Shown one piece after another: positions 16,971 through 26,383 of a DNA stretch of 64,000 nucleotides. Location: the IMG/VR virus record IMGVR_UViG_3300032298_001038, positions 64,001-128,000 of that record; one strand, given 5' to 3'. The notes beneath the pieces are model-generated. The model searched no databases, was not told the DNA's origin, and saw only the letters and a list, made by a program, of their open reading frames with translations. The DNA comes from a virus. Each line of letters starts with the position of its first letter. The first letter of the stretch is position 1. Both the position numbers and the translations under genes were made by a program.

Positions 16971-16999
16971 AGCGTACACGACCCGACAAAAACGGTCAA
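16971..16999 (-). promoter_or_regulatory. sigma70-like promoter, probably giving a leaderless sulfotransferase mRNA
   Basis: TTGACC-17 nt-TACGCT; ATG 7 nt downstream of the -10 box; no SD sequence. Confidence 0.5.
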
Positions 17000-17253
17000 C
17001 CCAGTTTTTCGGCGAGGAAATAACTGCCCGATTTGAGTCCGATTGACCCGCCGCCTACAGAACTAAACTTTGGAACGATGTACGTCTGGCTTCCCGAATA
17101 CAACAGGAACTCATGTGCGCCGAACGTGTATGTAGTGCCGCTCTGCATGTTGTACACGACCGTGGCCCCTCCGTCGGCTAACGAGTCCCACGAAACATAC
17201 CCACTGTCGTCGTATGAGTTGAGTCCGCCGCCGATGGCTCCGCGGGCTGCACG
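16996..17253 (-). pseudogene. in-frame 85-codon continuation of the upstream gene after a single TGA (readthrough extension or relic)
   Basis: same frame as 17254..17736; reads RAARGAIGGGLNSYDDSGYVSW...LAEKLG*. Confidence 0.5.
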
Positions 17254-17736
17254 TCACGCAAACGCCAGCGTAAACGATATGTTGCAATTCCCACTGCAAT
17301 CATACACCTCTACGGTATAGGTGCCATGCGAGAACACAAGTGTGTGGGTGCCATTGGATATGCCGAGAGGCGTGGCGTAGCGTTCATCGTCGTAGTTGTA
17401 CCCCGCCTGCGACCCATTGAAGGTAAATGGTGCCGAGCCGTAAATAATCATTATAGTGCTGCCGCCGGTCTTGGTAAGCGTCGCGGCGCTCAGCGTTTCT
17501 GCCGTTACGGTGAACGAACTGTATTTGCCGTTTACGCCCGAATATGTGAGCGGGCTGGCGGTAGAGCCTTGTCCGCTGACGGTGCCGCTCGTGCGGAACT
17601 GGTAATTACCAGTAGTGATGACAGGCACAGTGAGGGGAGCGACGGCCGTCCAGACCTCAGTTGTGCCAAGATAGACCTTGCTCGGCGTTGCATTGCCAAG
17701 CCGAAACGAGACTACATTCGTGTTGCCGATCTTCAT
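17254..17736 (-). CDS. fibre-associated protein
   Basis: MKIGNTNVVSFRLG...KVYLGTTEVW N-terminus typical of small phage fibre-associated proteins. Confidence 0.7.
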   Translation of the reverse strand: MKIGNTNVVSFRLGNATPSKVYLGTTEVWTAVAPLTVPVITTGNYQFRTSGTVSGQGSTASPLTYSGVNGKYSSFTVTAETLSAATLTKTGGSTIMIIYGSAPFTFNGSQAGYNYDDERYATPLGISNGTHTLVFSHGTYTVEVYDCSGNCNISFTLAFA

Positions 17737-17747
17737 GCTGGCCTCGG

Positions 17748-20700
17748 TCAGTCGGTGATAACGTAGAACGTGCTGGCGTCCTTGGAAGCGAGCGCGTCGT
17801 ATTCGGCTTGCGTCAGGCTGACGATGTTGGTGATCTGGTCGGCACCGGCGATTCCCGTGGTGACGCTGGTGATCGCGCCGCCCGTGTAGGCTGTGGTCTG
17901 TGTTGTGCCATCGGGGAACGTAAGGCCGCCTGTGCCAGACACACCTACAATCTTGAGGTTGTTAACAAACGTGGTGTCCGCAGCGTCGGCTGTGATGGAA
18001 GAACCGATGATGTGAGCGTTTGATTGACTGTTGGTGTTGTTGCTCTGGCCGCCAAGAACCGAAGAATAGGCGCCGCTAGCGGTGTTGTCTTCGCCGCCAC
18101 TGATGGTGCTGCGGTTGCCGCTGGCGGTGTTGTTATAGCCGCCGACAACGCTGTAATTGCCGTTAGCGGTGTTGCTTCTGCCGCCGCTAACGGCGCTGTA
18201 GGCGCCGCTGGCGGTGTTGCCAAGGCCGCCGACGACGGCGCTGTAGTTGCCGCTAGCGGTGTCGCCGCTGCCGCCGCCGACGACGCTGGCGTAGCCACTG
18301 GCGTTATTTTGATTGCCGCCGACGAGGCTGGCGTAGTTACTGGCGTTGTTCTGTCTGCCGCCGCCCACAGTACCGTAGGTGCTGCTAGCAGTGTTATTAT
18401 TGCCGCCGCCGACGGTGCTGCGGTCGCCGCTGGCGGTGTTGTTATAGCCGCCGCTGACGGTGCTGTAGTTGGCGCTAGCGGTGTTCTGTCTGCCACCGCT
18501 GACGGTGCCGTAGTAGCCGCTGGCGTTGTTGTTCTGGCCGCCGCTGACGGTGCTGGAGGTGCCGCCAGCAGTGTTTTGATAGCCACCGCTCACAACGCTG
18601 TACAGGCCGCTGGCGGTGTTGTTTCTGCCGCCGCTGACGGTGCTGCGGTCGTGCGTGGTGGCGTTGTTCCTGCCGCCGCCGACTACGCTGGCGTAGCCAC
18701 TGGCGGTGTTTTGATAGCCACCGCTCACAACGCTGTAAACGCCGTAAGCCTCGTTATCAGTACCGCCACCAACAGTGCTGCCCACCTCACTGGCGGTGTT
18801 CCTCCCCCCGCTGACGGCGCTGTACAGGCCGCTGGCGGTGTTTCCCCGGCCGCCAAGTACGCCGGAGTATGTTCCGCTGGCGGTGTTTTCCCGGCCGCCG
18901 CTGACGGCGCTTCGAGTGCCGCTGGCGGTGTTGCTTTCGCCGCCGCTGACGGTGCTTCGAATGCCGTTGGCGGTGTTGCCTGTGCCGCCGCTAACGGTGC
19001 TGTAGTAGCCGCTGGCGGTGTTGGCACCGTTGACAGGCACAATGCTGTTTGACCCAGAACCGGTTGTGTACGGGCTGGACCCGCCGCCGGACGAGATTTC
19101 CCAGCGATTAGTCGACGTTGAGTAAGCAAGGGTCGCGCCGTTAGTAGCCGAACCGGCCCAGCCCTCTGAACCATACGGGTCAAGAATCCACGGAGACGTT
19201 GCGGCCGTCCACGACGACCCCATGTTGTCAGACTTCAGTACTTGATTCATGCCGGTCGGACTCGGAACAGAAGCAGAAGAAGGCTGTTCAGCCACCCACT
19301 GGTTCATCATGCTGTCCCAAGTCAGCACGTAACCGTCTGTGATACTACCTGCGGGAAAAACGCTTCCGGCTTCCCAGTTGTTATTTAAAGTATTCCACAC
19401 AAGATGCGGCGACGAACTAGAACCGCTGGGTAGGCTGCCAGAGGCGGCAGTGGTTTGAGTTGTGCCGTCGGGGAACGTGATGCCTCGATTGCTGTCCACG
19501 ATCTTCAGCGCATTGACGAATGTCGTGTTCGCAGCGTCGGCTGTGATACCAGAGCCGATGATGTGGGCGTTAGCGTTGTTGTTCGTACTGTTGTTCTGGC
19601 CGCCAAGTACGCTGGAATAGGCGCCGCTAGCGGTGCTGTTGTAGCCGCCGCTGATAACGCCGAAGACGCCGCTGGCGGTGTTGCCCCAGCCGCCGCTGAC
19701 GGTGCTGTAGTCGGTGTTGGCGGTGTTCTGTCTACCGCCGCCGACGGTGCTGATATACCCGCTGGCGGTGTTGCTAAAGCCGCCGCTGACGGTGCTGTAG
19801 TTGCCAAGTGTATCGTTGTTATCACCGCCGCCAACGAAACTGTAACTGCCGGTCGCGTTGTGCGAAAAACCGCCGCAAATAGTCGCCGCGGGGCCGTCAG
19901 CAAGATTAAATTGCCCACCGCATATCAGCGCGTGCGTACTACCAGTTGCCGAATTGTGACTGCCGCCATGTACGGCCGAGTAATTAACAGAAGCCGTGTT
20001 GTCAAAACCACCCCCGACGACGCTGGCGTAGCCACTGGCGGTGTTTTTATAGCCGCCGCTCACAACGCTGGAAACGCCGCTAGCGGTGTTCTGTCTGCCG
20101 CCGCCCACAGTACCGTAGGCGCCGCTAGCAGTGTTATTAATGCCGCCGCCGACGGTGCTGCGGTCGCCGCTGGCGGTGTTGGTACCGTTGACAGGCTGAA
20201 TGCTGTTTGTGCCAGAACCGGTTGTGTACGGGCTGGACCCGCTAGCCGTAGTCTGCGTTGTGCCGTCTGGGAACGTGATGCCTCGACCGCTGTCCACGAT
20301 CTTCAGCCCATTGACAAAGGTTGTGTCCGCAGCGTCGGCTGTGATACCAGAGCCGATGATGTGGGCGTTAGCGTTGTTGTTCGTACTGTTGTTCTGGCCG
20401 CCAAGTACGCTGGAATAGCCGCCGCTAGCGGTGTTGCCTGTGCCGCCGCTGACGGTGCTGGAGATGCCGCTGGCGGTGTTGTTTACGCCGCCGCCTACGA
20501 CGCCATAGCCGCCGGTTACCGAATTCGACCGGCCGCCCGCAACAACGGTATAGCCAGCCGACGCGCTCGACAAATTATTGGAGCCGCCGCCGACCACGGG
20601 ATACACGCCGCCCGCGGCTGTGTTGTTACGCCCGCCGCCGACAAAAGCACCGGTAGTGCCAGCGCTGTTGAGCGCGCCGCCCACCACAGCAGAAATGGCG

Positions 20701-21932
20701 CCACTAGCGACGTTGCTCTCGCCTTCGAGGTTGCTTTCGTTGATCCAGCCGCCACCGGCAACAACGGCGCCAATGCCGTTGGCGGTGTTTTCCCGGCCGC
20801 CGCTCACAGTAGAATAGGTGCCGCTGGCGGTGTTGCCCAAACCTCCGGCGACCGTTGCCTCAGACATGCCGCTAGCGAAGTTGCCGTTGCCGCCGCCGAC
20901 GGTGTTGGCGTAACCGGCTGCGGTGTTGTTTATGCCGCCCAGCACGCTGGAATAGTTTTGGTTGGCAACGTTGTTCTGGCCGCCAAGTACGCTGGAGTAT
21001 GTTCCGCTGGCGGTGTTGTTCTGGCCGCCAAGTACGCTGGAGTATGTTCCGCTGGCGGTGTTGTCTTCGCCGCCACTGATGGTGCTGCGGTTGCCGCTGG
21101 AGGCGTTGCTTTTGCCCCCGCTGACGGCGCTGCACACGCCGCTGGCGATGTTGCCCCAGCCGCCGCCGACTACGCTGGTGGAGCCGCTGGCGGTGTTGTT
21201 TCTACCGCCGCTGACGATGGTAGCGTTCTCGCTGGAGGTGTTGTTAATTCCGCTGCTGACGGCGCTGTATTGGCTGCTGGCGTTGTTGCCAAAGCCGCCG
21301 CAGACCACGCTGTAGTCGCCGCTGGCGGTGTTGTTAATTCCGCTGCTGACGGCGCTGGTGTAGCCGCTGGAGGTGTTGTTCCTGCCGCCGCTGACGGTGT
21401 TGGCGTAACCGGCTGCGGTGTTGTTCTGGCCGCCAAGTACGCTGGAGTATGTTCCGCTGGCGGTGTTGTTACCGGTGACAGGCACAATGCTGTTTGTGCC
21501 AGAACCGTCCGTATACACGCTACTCCCGGCGGTACCTTGCGCACCTGTTGCGCCTTCCGGTCCTGTGGCGCCGGTAGGACCTTCCGGTCCTGTGGCGCCC
21601 GTGGCGCCGTCTAAACCAGCAACGCCTGTGGCGCCCGTGGCGCCGTCTAAACCAGCAACGCCTGTTGCGCCCGTGACGCCGGCTGGACCAGCAACGCCTG
21701 TTGCGCCCGTGACGCCGGCTGGACCAGCAACGCCTGTGGCGCCCGTGACGCCTGTAACTCCAACGCCACTACCACCGCCGCCAGTAGACCAGTTCGCAAC
21801 ATTACCGTCCGCGTCTAACGCGTAGATTTTCTTATCCGCAAGATTCAGCGCCAACTCGCCGGGGACGAGGTCGCTGGCGGCTGGCTCTAAACCGGGAACG
21901 TCACTGCGCTTGTGGCGAATTTTGTTAGACAT
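17748..21932 (-). CDS. large tail fibre/adhesin with a short collagen segment and three beta-roll repeat blocks
   Basis: dozens of ~15-aa NTASGxYSxVxGG repeats; the block ends TFVNxLKIV...[11 protein letters not shown] occur three times. Confidence 0.88.
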   Translation of the reverse strand: MSNKIRHKRSDVPGLEPAASDLVPGELALNLADKKIYALDADGNVANWSTGGGGSGVGVTGVTGATGVAGPAGVTGATGVAGPAGVTGATGVAGLDGATGATGVAGLDGATGATGPEGPTGATGPEGATGAQGTAGSSVYTDGSGTNSIVPVTGNNTASGTYSSVLGGQNNTAAGYANTVSGGRNNTSSGYTSAVSSGINNTASGDYSVVCGGFGNNASSQYSAVSSGINNTSSENATIVSGGRNNTASGSTSVVGGGWGNIASGVCSAVSGGKSNASSGNRSTISGGEDNTASGTYSSVLGGQNNTASGTYSSVLGGQNNVANQNYSSVLGGINNTAAGYANTVGGGNGNFASGMSEATVAGGLGNTASGTYSTVSGGRENTANGIGAVVAGGGWINESNLEGESNVASGAISAVVGGALNSAGTTGAFVGGGRNNTAAGGVYPVVGGGSNNLSSASAGYTVVAGGRSNSVTGGYGVVGGGVNNTASGISSTVSGGTGNTASGGYSSVLGGQNNSTNNNANAHIIGSGITADAADTTFVNGLKIVDSGRGITFPDGTTQTTASGSSPYTTGSGTNSIQPVNGTNTASGDRSTVGGGINNTASGAYGTVGGGRQNTASGVSSVVSGGYKNTASGYASVVGGGFDNTASVNYSAVHGGSHNSATGSTHALICGGQFNLADGPAATICGGFSHNATGSYSFVGGGDNNDTLGNYSTVSGGFSNTASGYISTVGGGRQNTANTDYSTVSGGWGNTASGVFGVISGGYNSTASGAYSSVLGGQNNSTNNNANAHIIGSGITADAANTTFVNALKIVDSNRGITFPDGTTQTTAASGSLPSGSSSSPHLVWNTLNNNWEAGSVFPAGSITDGYVLTWDSMMNQWVAEQPSSASVPSPTGMNQVLKSDNMGSSWTAATSPWILDPYGSEGWAGSATNGATLAYSTSTNRWEISSGGGSSPYTTGSGSNSIVPVNGANTASGYYSTVSGGTGNTANGIRSTVSGGESNTASGTRSAVSGGRENTASGTYSGVLGGRGNTASGLYSAVSGGRNTASEVGSTVGGGTDNEAYGVYSVVSGGYQNTASGYASVVGGGRNNATTHDRSTVSGGRNNTASGLYSVVSGGYQNTAGGTSSTVSGGQNNNASGYYGTVSGGRQNTASANYSTVSGGYNNTASGDRSTVGGGNNNTASSTYGTVGGGRQNNASNYASLVGGNQNNASGYASVVGGGSGDTASGNYSAVVGGLGNTASGAYSAVSGGRSNTANGNYSVVGGYNNTASGNRSTISGGEDNTASGAYSSVLGGQSNNTNSQSNAHIIGSSITADAADTTFVNNLKIVGVSGTGGLTFPDGTTQTTAYTGGAITSVTTGIAGADQITNIVSLTQAEYDALASKDASTFYVITD

Positions 21933-21954
21933 TGTGAATTTTCCTGTTTAATAC

Positions 21955-22188
21955 TTACGAGTATGTGCCGCCGTCGATTTCGTCCGGCAGTTGTAGTGAC
22001 GGAAGTTTGCCGTTTGCATCCAAACTGGCTACACCGCCGGCCACACCACGAAACACGGCAATGATGCTTGACAGCATCGTACGTTTCGTGCTAATCGGCG
22101 TGACGCCTGTGTCAACCAGAGGAACCACATCGGTCGGCAACGGTTCGTCTTTTAGCGGAAGTTGAGATATCTTTTTGTTGGTTGCCAT
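21955..22188 (-). CDS. stand-alone fibre N-terminal anchor module
   Basis: KKISQLPLKD...GVASLDANGKLP is paralogous to the N-terminus of 13741..15594. Confidence 0.7.
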   Translation of the reverse strand: MATNKKISQLPLKDEPLPTDVVPLVDTGVTPISTKRTMLSSIIAVFRGVAGGVASLDANGKLPSLQLPDEIDGGTYS

Positions 22189-22523
22189 GAGTCACGCCTG
22201 AGTGATCTAGCCTTGTGCCGTTGCAGCCAGTTTTTCAACTTTTCTGGCCCCTGATACCCGACCTGCCGGGCAACAACAGTAGTGCCCTCTAGTATAAGAA
22301 AAGTGGGCACACTTTTAATATCGTGCAATTTGACAAGTTCTTTTTCGTTGTCGAAGTCAATATAGCCCCACTCGTAATCTTCGACAATTGAGGGGTCGGC
22401 TTTAATGTCTTCTTTGAACTGCCGACAGGGGCCGCACCAAGGGGCTGTAAAAATAAGCAACTCTGCCGCCTCTACGTTAGCCGCGGCCACCAGTAGAAGC
22501 AGGCAGAGCAACAAGTTTTTCAC
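22152..22523 (-). CDS. thioredoxin-like protein with signal peptide
   Basis: FTAPWCGPCRQF, IKSVPTF; hydrophobic leader. Confidence 0.85.
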   Translation of the reverse strand: MKNLLLCLLLLVAAANVEAAELLIFTAPWCGPCRQFKEDIKADPSIVEDYEWGYIDFDNEKELVKLHDIKSVPTFLILEGTTVVARQVGYQGPEKLKNWLQRHKARSLRRDSWQPTKRYLNFR

Positions 22524-22531
22524 GGCGGGCC

Positions 22532-22834
22532 TCAGTATTCGTCGATATCGTCCTGCTCGTAGTGGTGGCGGTGCTTGTTCTTTTTATCAGAATGCTTTAC
22601 GCCATCCAAACTGTCCGCCGCGCGATTGAGCCATTTGGCTAGTTTACGTGCGTCAATTGCTGTCAGAATGGGCGGCTGATTGCCGTAAACATCGAAAACA
22701 ATTCCTGACTCCACGTGATCGTCTACCTGCCAGTCGCCGGCTTGTATGGCCAGCGTCGGCGCGTCCTTGTTACCGGCTACGGAAGAATTTACGAACTGAA
22801 TACTATCCGGGCGATTTTCAACAATCGTGGCCAC
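22532..22834 (-). CDS. hypothetical protein
   Basis: ORF track, tiles. Confidence 0.65.
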   Translation of the reverse strand: MATIVENRPDSIQFVNSSVAGNKDAPTLAIQAGDWQVDDHVESGIVFDVYGNQPPILTAIDARKLAKWLNRAADSLDGVKHSDKKNKHRHHYEQDDIDEY

Positions 22835-22837
22835 AAT

Positions 22838-23101
22838 CTACTGCTCCGAAAGGTCGTCAAGAATTACCGGGGTGTACGAGCCAGACCAGAGGTTGGCAAA
22901 TTTACCGAAATACTCGTCGGCGTCTTCTTGCGAAAACCCGTCAGAGAAAAGTTTCTCGTAAATCTTTGTCTTGCTGTACACGGCGACCGGATCGTGGTGG
23001 CCAATGTAACCAACCCCCACCAACGCCGAATGCATGTTTTCTAAAAACACGGCTTCGGGGTTGAGGTCGCCAAGCGCGGCGGCAACTCGTTGAGCGTCCA
23101 T
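22838..23101 (-). CDS. conserved phage hypothetical protein
   Basis: ALVGV...PVAVYS...EDADEYF...TPV pattern. Confidence 0.7.
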   Translation of the reverse strand: MDAQRVAAALGDLNPEAVFLENMHSALVGVGYIGHHDPVAVYSKTKIYEKLFSDGFSQEDADEYFGKFANLWSGSYTPVILDDLSEQ

Positions 23102-23103
23102 GC

Positions 23104-23607
23104 TTACAAGTTTTCGTCAATGTCGTCGAGGAACAGCACGGCGATATCACTGGCGCGCCGGTATCCCTCGCGAATGCCTTTTTGATAGTCGTAGGTGCCG
23201 GGCGCCGCAGGCCGTTCCGTCAGGTCTGCAATTACCGCCAGACATGCCTTTATTTTATTGCGCAACTGTCGGTATTCAAAGGAATTGCGAATTAAATCTA
23301 CACTAACGCCGGCTACTGTCCGGTCAAGCCGGGCGAGAATTTCCGGCTTAAGCCCCATTTCCTGTAACAATTTAATGCAGTGGGCCAGACTGTTGTGGTC
23401 TGTAAAATTAGCGGGAGTATGCGGGACATATTTTTGCGCGAGGTCTAGCAGCAGAAAAGCCACGTTGCGCAGCGCAGAATTAACGGTCTTATTAGCCGGG
23501 CTGATGAGCAACTGGCGCTCGATTTGTTGCACTTCTTTGCGAGCAACAAATAACGAGTAATCACGTTCTTGATTTAATTGATCGTGATCTTGAGCGAGCA
23601 CGGGCAT
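23104..23607 (-). CDS. hypothetical protein (MPVLAQ...)
   Basis: start trimmed to the ATG with a GGAG RBS. Confidence 0.65.
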   Translation of the reverse strand: MPVLAQDHDQLNQERDYSLFVARKEVQQIERQLLISPANKTVNSALRNVAFLLLDLAQKYVPHTPANFTDHNSLAHCIKLLQEMGLKPEILARLDRTVAGVSVDLIRNSFEYRQLRNKIKACLAVIADLTERPAAPGTYDYQKGIREGYRRASDIAVLFLDDIDENL

Positions 23608-24238
23608 TTTTAGACTCCCTTCGGGGTTTGATACCGCGATCCTCCAGTGCAGATTCAACAATGGTGTAAATCTGGCGGTGCGTTACGTCCGGCGGCTGCG
23701 ACGCGTCAATGACTTCGGTCACTTCGGCGGTATACTGTCCGGCAAATTCGAGATAGGCTTCGCGCATGATCTTGCGATCTTCCATGCAGCGCCGCTCATA
23801 ACGATCCCGCGGCTTTCCCATGCGCTTCTTGGCTTTGGCCGGCGCAAGGTCAAGCAAAAAGCAAATGTCAGGAACGATGCAGTTTGAGAGTTCAAAGATA
23901 TCAAAAAGCACGTTTTCGGGCATGTCGTTCATGACGCCCTGATACACCAGCGTCGACAAGAACCAACGGTCGCAGATGATGACGGTTTGCTTTTTGATTT
24001 GTTTGGCTGCGTATGCCGACAACTCTGCGCGACCGGCTGAGAACAAAAGCATCTGCGCGAAGGGGGTAATCGGCCCGTCATTGTCGAGGAGCAACTGCCT
24101 GATAGCCGTGCCGATCTTGGTCGTGCCGGGATCAGCCACGAGTTCGACTTTGTAGCCAGCCGCAGCAAGAGATTGCTGAAGCATACGGGCCTGCGTGCTC
24201 TTGCCGGCACCGTCGATCCCTTCGAAGCAAATAAACAC
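23561..24238 (-). CDS. tmk: thymidylate kinase
   Basis: FEGIDGAGKSTQ, ICDRWFLSTLVYQG, PDICFLLD. Confidence 0.93.
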   Translation of the reverse strand: MFICFEGIDGAGKSTQARMLQQSLAAAGYKVELVADPGTTKIGTAIRQLLLDNDGPITPFAQMLLFSAGRAELSAYAAKQIKKQTVIICDRWFLSTLVYQGVMNDMPENVLFDIFELSNCIVPDICFLLDLAPAKAKKRMGKPRDRYERRCMEDRKIMREAYLEFAGQYTAEVTEVIDASQPPDVTHRQIYTIVESALEDRGIKPRRESKNARARSRSRSIKSRT

Positions 24239-24258
24239 AGAAAGTGTTCCTGAAGGAT

Positions 24259-24579
24259 TTAGCCAGTGATTCGAATAGAGGTGTCGGCTACCGGGCCAGA
24301 CGCGCGAATGTTTCCGCCCGCGGTTCCAGAAATCGCCATAGCCGGCTGGTTGAAAGTAGGTTCGTTGTTGTACGAAAACAGCAGGCGTTCAGTGCCGTCT
24401 TTGAATCGCAAAGCAATGCCGTTAGCCGTCGGCGACTGTGCAACCCCAATTGCGCCCTTCTCAACGAACCAGTTTTTAGCGTATGCGCAAAAATCTTGCA
24501 ATACTTTGCCCTTCGCCGCTTTGGGGTTTTGGGCAATGTAATCACTCAGCATCTGATCGAATATTTCGTTTTCTTGCAT
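24259..24579 (-). CDS. hypothetical protein (MQENEIF...)
   Basis: start trimmed. Confidence 0.6.
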   Translation of the reverse strand: MQENEIFDQMLSDYIAQNPKAAKGKVLQDFCAYAKNWFVEKGAIGVAQSPTANGIALRFKDGTERLLFSYNNEPTFNQPAMAISGTAGGNIRASGPVADTSIRITG

Positions 24580-25315
24580 AACGCACTTCGGCTTTCTTTT
24601 CTTTAGGCTTAACAGGTTTCGCTTCTTTTTCACGCGCGGCGATAGATTCTTGCACCTTCTTCGTCAACTGCATAGCCGCTTTTTCAGCCTTGGCTTTTTG
24701 CCTGCACGCTTTGATTTTTTGGCTTACGTCAGACAATAGGTTGCGCGCGGCATGCACGTAAAGGCGCAGCATGTAGTACTTGTTCGCGGCGTGCACTGAC
24801 AGCAAGTCGCCGTCTAACTGAGCCAGCATTTTTTTAGATTTGGGCACGACCGCCATGCCAAGCAAATCTAAACCTTTGGCAAGTTCTTTTGCGGTACAGA
24901 TAATGTCAGCCACGGCAACAATCTGAGTTCCAACCGCGCTCTGGCTAAGCCGCCCGCGAAACTCCATATCGCGCTTTGTCTCTACCAAGCGGAAATCGCG
25001 GCTCAAGGCGGCTACCATCGCGGCAATCTGTACGTTGGCGATCTCGGCAATATGCTCGAAGGCGCAGGCGTGGACGTTCAAGACATCATGGAGCACACTA
25101 CAATGCACAATCGCGGCCACCGTGTCTTTGACGTTTTCAGGCACATAGTCCGCGCGCAGGTCTTGATACAGTTTTTGCGCAATGACTTCGGCCTGACTAG
25201 CGACTCGTTTGCAATGGGCTAATACGTCTTCGCCAGAGTTGGTCTGCCGCGCCTCGTAGCATTGTCGGGCAAATATCAATGTTTTTTCTAACGATAAGTC
25301 GTCGGCTTTTTTCAT
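24542..25315 (-). CDS. HD-domain protein, (p)ppGpp-hydrolase (Mesh1/SAH)-like, degenerate
   Basis: HCKRVA, VLHDVL, VAALSRD, AVADII; GGAGG RBS. Confidence 0.7.
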   Translation of the reverse strand: MKKADDLSLEKTLIFARQCYEARQTNSGEDVLAHCKRVASQAEVIAQKLYQDLRADYVPENVKDTVAAIVHCSVLHDVLNVHACAFEHIAEIANVQIAAMVAALSRDFRLVETKRDMEFRGRLSQSAVGTQIVAVADIICTAKELAKGLDLLGMAVVPKSKKMLAQLDGDLLSVHAANKYYMLRLYVHAARNLLSDVSQKIKACRQKAKAEKAAMQLTKKVQESIAAREKEAKPVKPKEKKAEVRYARKRNIRSDAE

Positions 25316-25337
25316 GGGTGCCTCCGTGCACCGGATT

Positions 25338-26381
25338 TCATACAAGCCGCAAAACCGATTGCCAGCCCAGTTCAAACGATTTGCGGCGCGAGTTTAAGTT
25401 GTAATTGATTTTTTTGTTCATTGCGTCGATGTGTCGCGGTTCGGCGACAAGGGCTTGCAATGTTTCACCAAACAAGTCGTAATCAGCATTGGCGTGCGGA
25501 ACGCCGTTTTCGTCGTAGTCTATTTTTGTTTTTACTAGTACGCCATTTGCGTCTGGATACACAAAGTCTGTTTGCGGCGAAACTGCGAGCGTGACAACCG
25601 GCGTACCGCAGCAGATAGATGTCAGGCTACAAACACCGTAGTTATCGCACTCGGCCGGGAAGACAGTTAAATCGTGAGATGCGTAAAAACCAGCACGAGC
25701 AGGAATTGGAATGTTTCGCTTTAAAACGACGCGGCCGTCAGTTTTACGGCCAAGCCGCTGAAAAAACTTGGCGATAGACGGCGAAAACTTGCTAGACGAG
25801 ATCGCGACCGTGAGGTGAATTTCGTGCATGTGCGTCAGCAAGTATTCCAGTTGATCCAAAAAATAGTTTTGCGAGCAACGCGCGTTTCGATCGAACCACG
25901 GTAAAAATAGTTTTATCTTACGTGGGTTGACCGCCGTATCTTTCTTGGTCGGCGGTAAGCCGGCATCGAACGGAATCAGCGTTACGTTTCGAAACTTGTA
26001 AACGCCATGAAATAGTTCGCGGCACTCTGTCGACATGGCGATTAGGTGGTCTGCCTGTCGGGCCGCTTTGCGGAACGGCGGATTCAGTTCTTGCCACATG
26101 GGGGCAATCACTGTCGTAGCGCCGTGACGTTTCGCGATGTTAATTTGTTCAATCTTGGGAATATGCGTCCACACAACGACGTGATGTTTTTTCACCCAGT
26201 CGCTGTACCGTTGCTTGCTTTTGTAGACGACAACGTTATCGTAAGCGGTCTTGATCTTCGGCGGCTGATTGTCGCTATAAATAGAAAAATCTACGCCCTG
26301 ATTGCGCAGAAAATCAGCCAGACGCACTGCGAGATATGCCTGATCGCATTGTGCGTAATGCGTGTAGATGCCGACGCTCAT
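25338..26381 (-). CDS. glycosyltransferase, GT4-like
   Basis: HDLTVFPAECDNYGVCSLTSICCGTPVV resembles the GT-B C-terminal motif. Confidence 0.7.
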   Translation of the reverse strand: MSVGIYTHYAQCDQAYLAVRLADFLRNQGVDFSIYSDNQPPKIKTAYDNVVVYKSKQRYSDWVKKHHVVVWTHIPKIEQINIAKRHGATTVIAPMWQELNPPFRKAARQADHLIAMSTECRELFHGVYKFRNVTLIPFDAGLPPTKKDTAVNPRKIKLFLPWFDRNARCSQNYFLDQLEYLLTHMHEIHLTVAISSSKFSPSIAKFFQRLGRKTDGRVVLKRNIPIPARAGFYASHDLTVFPAECDNYGVCSLTSICCGTPVVTLAVSPQTDFVYPDANGVLVKTKIDYDENGVPHANADYDLFGETLQALVAEPRHIDAMNKKINYNLNSRRKSFELGWQSVLRLV

Positions 26382-26383
26382 TG

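Noticed and set aside
17254-17256. Genome-wide UGA reassignment
   Set aside because: Many genes end in TGA with ATGA start-stop overlaps (e.g. 4108-4111, 34316-34319, 58778-58781), so UGA is a normal stop.
13847-21825. Long plus-strand and alternative-frame ORFs over the collagen and beta-roll fibre genes (e.g. 19455..21614)
   Set aside because: They are shadow ORFs arising from repetitive GCC/GGC codon usage on the coding strand.
17748-21932. Diversity-generating retroelement target
   Set aside because: No reverse transcriptase was found, and no template/variable repeat pair differing only at adenines was seen.
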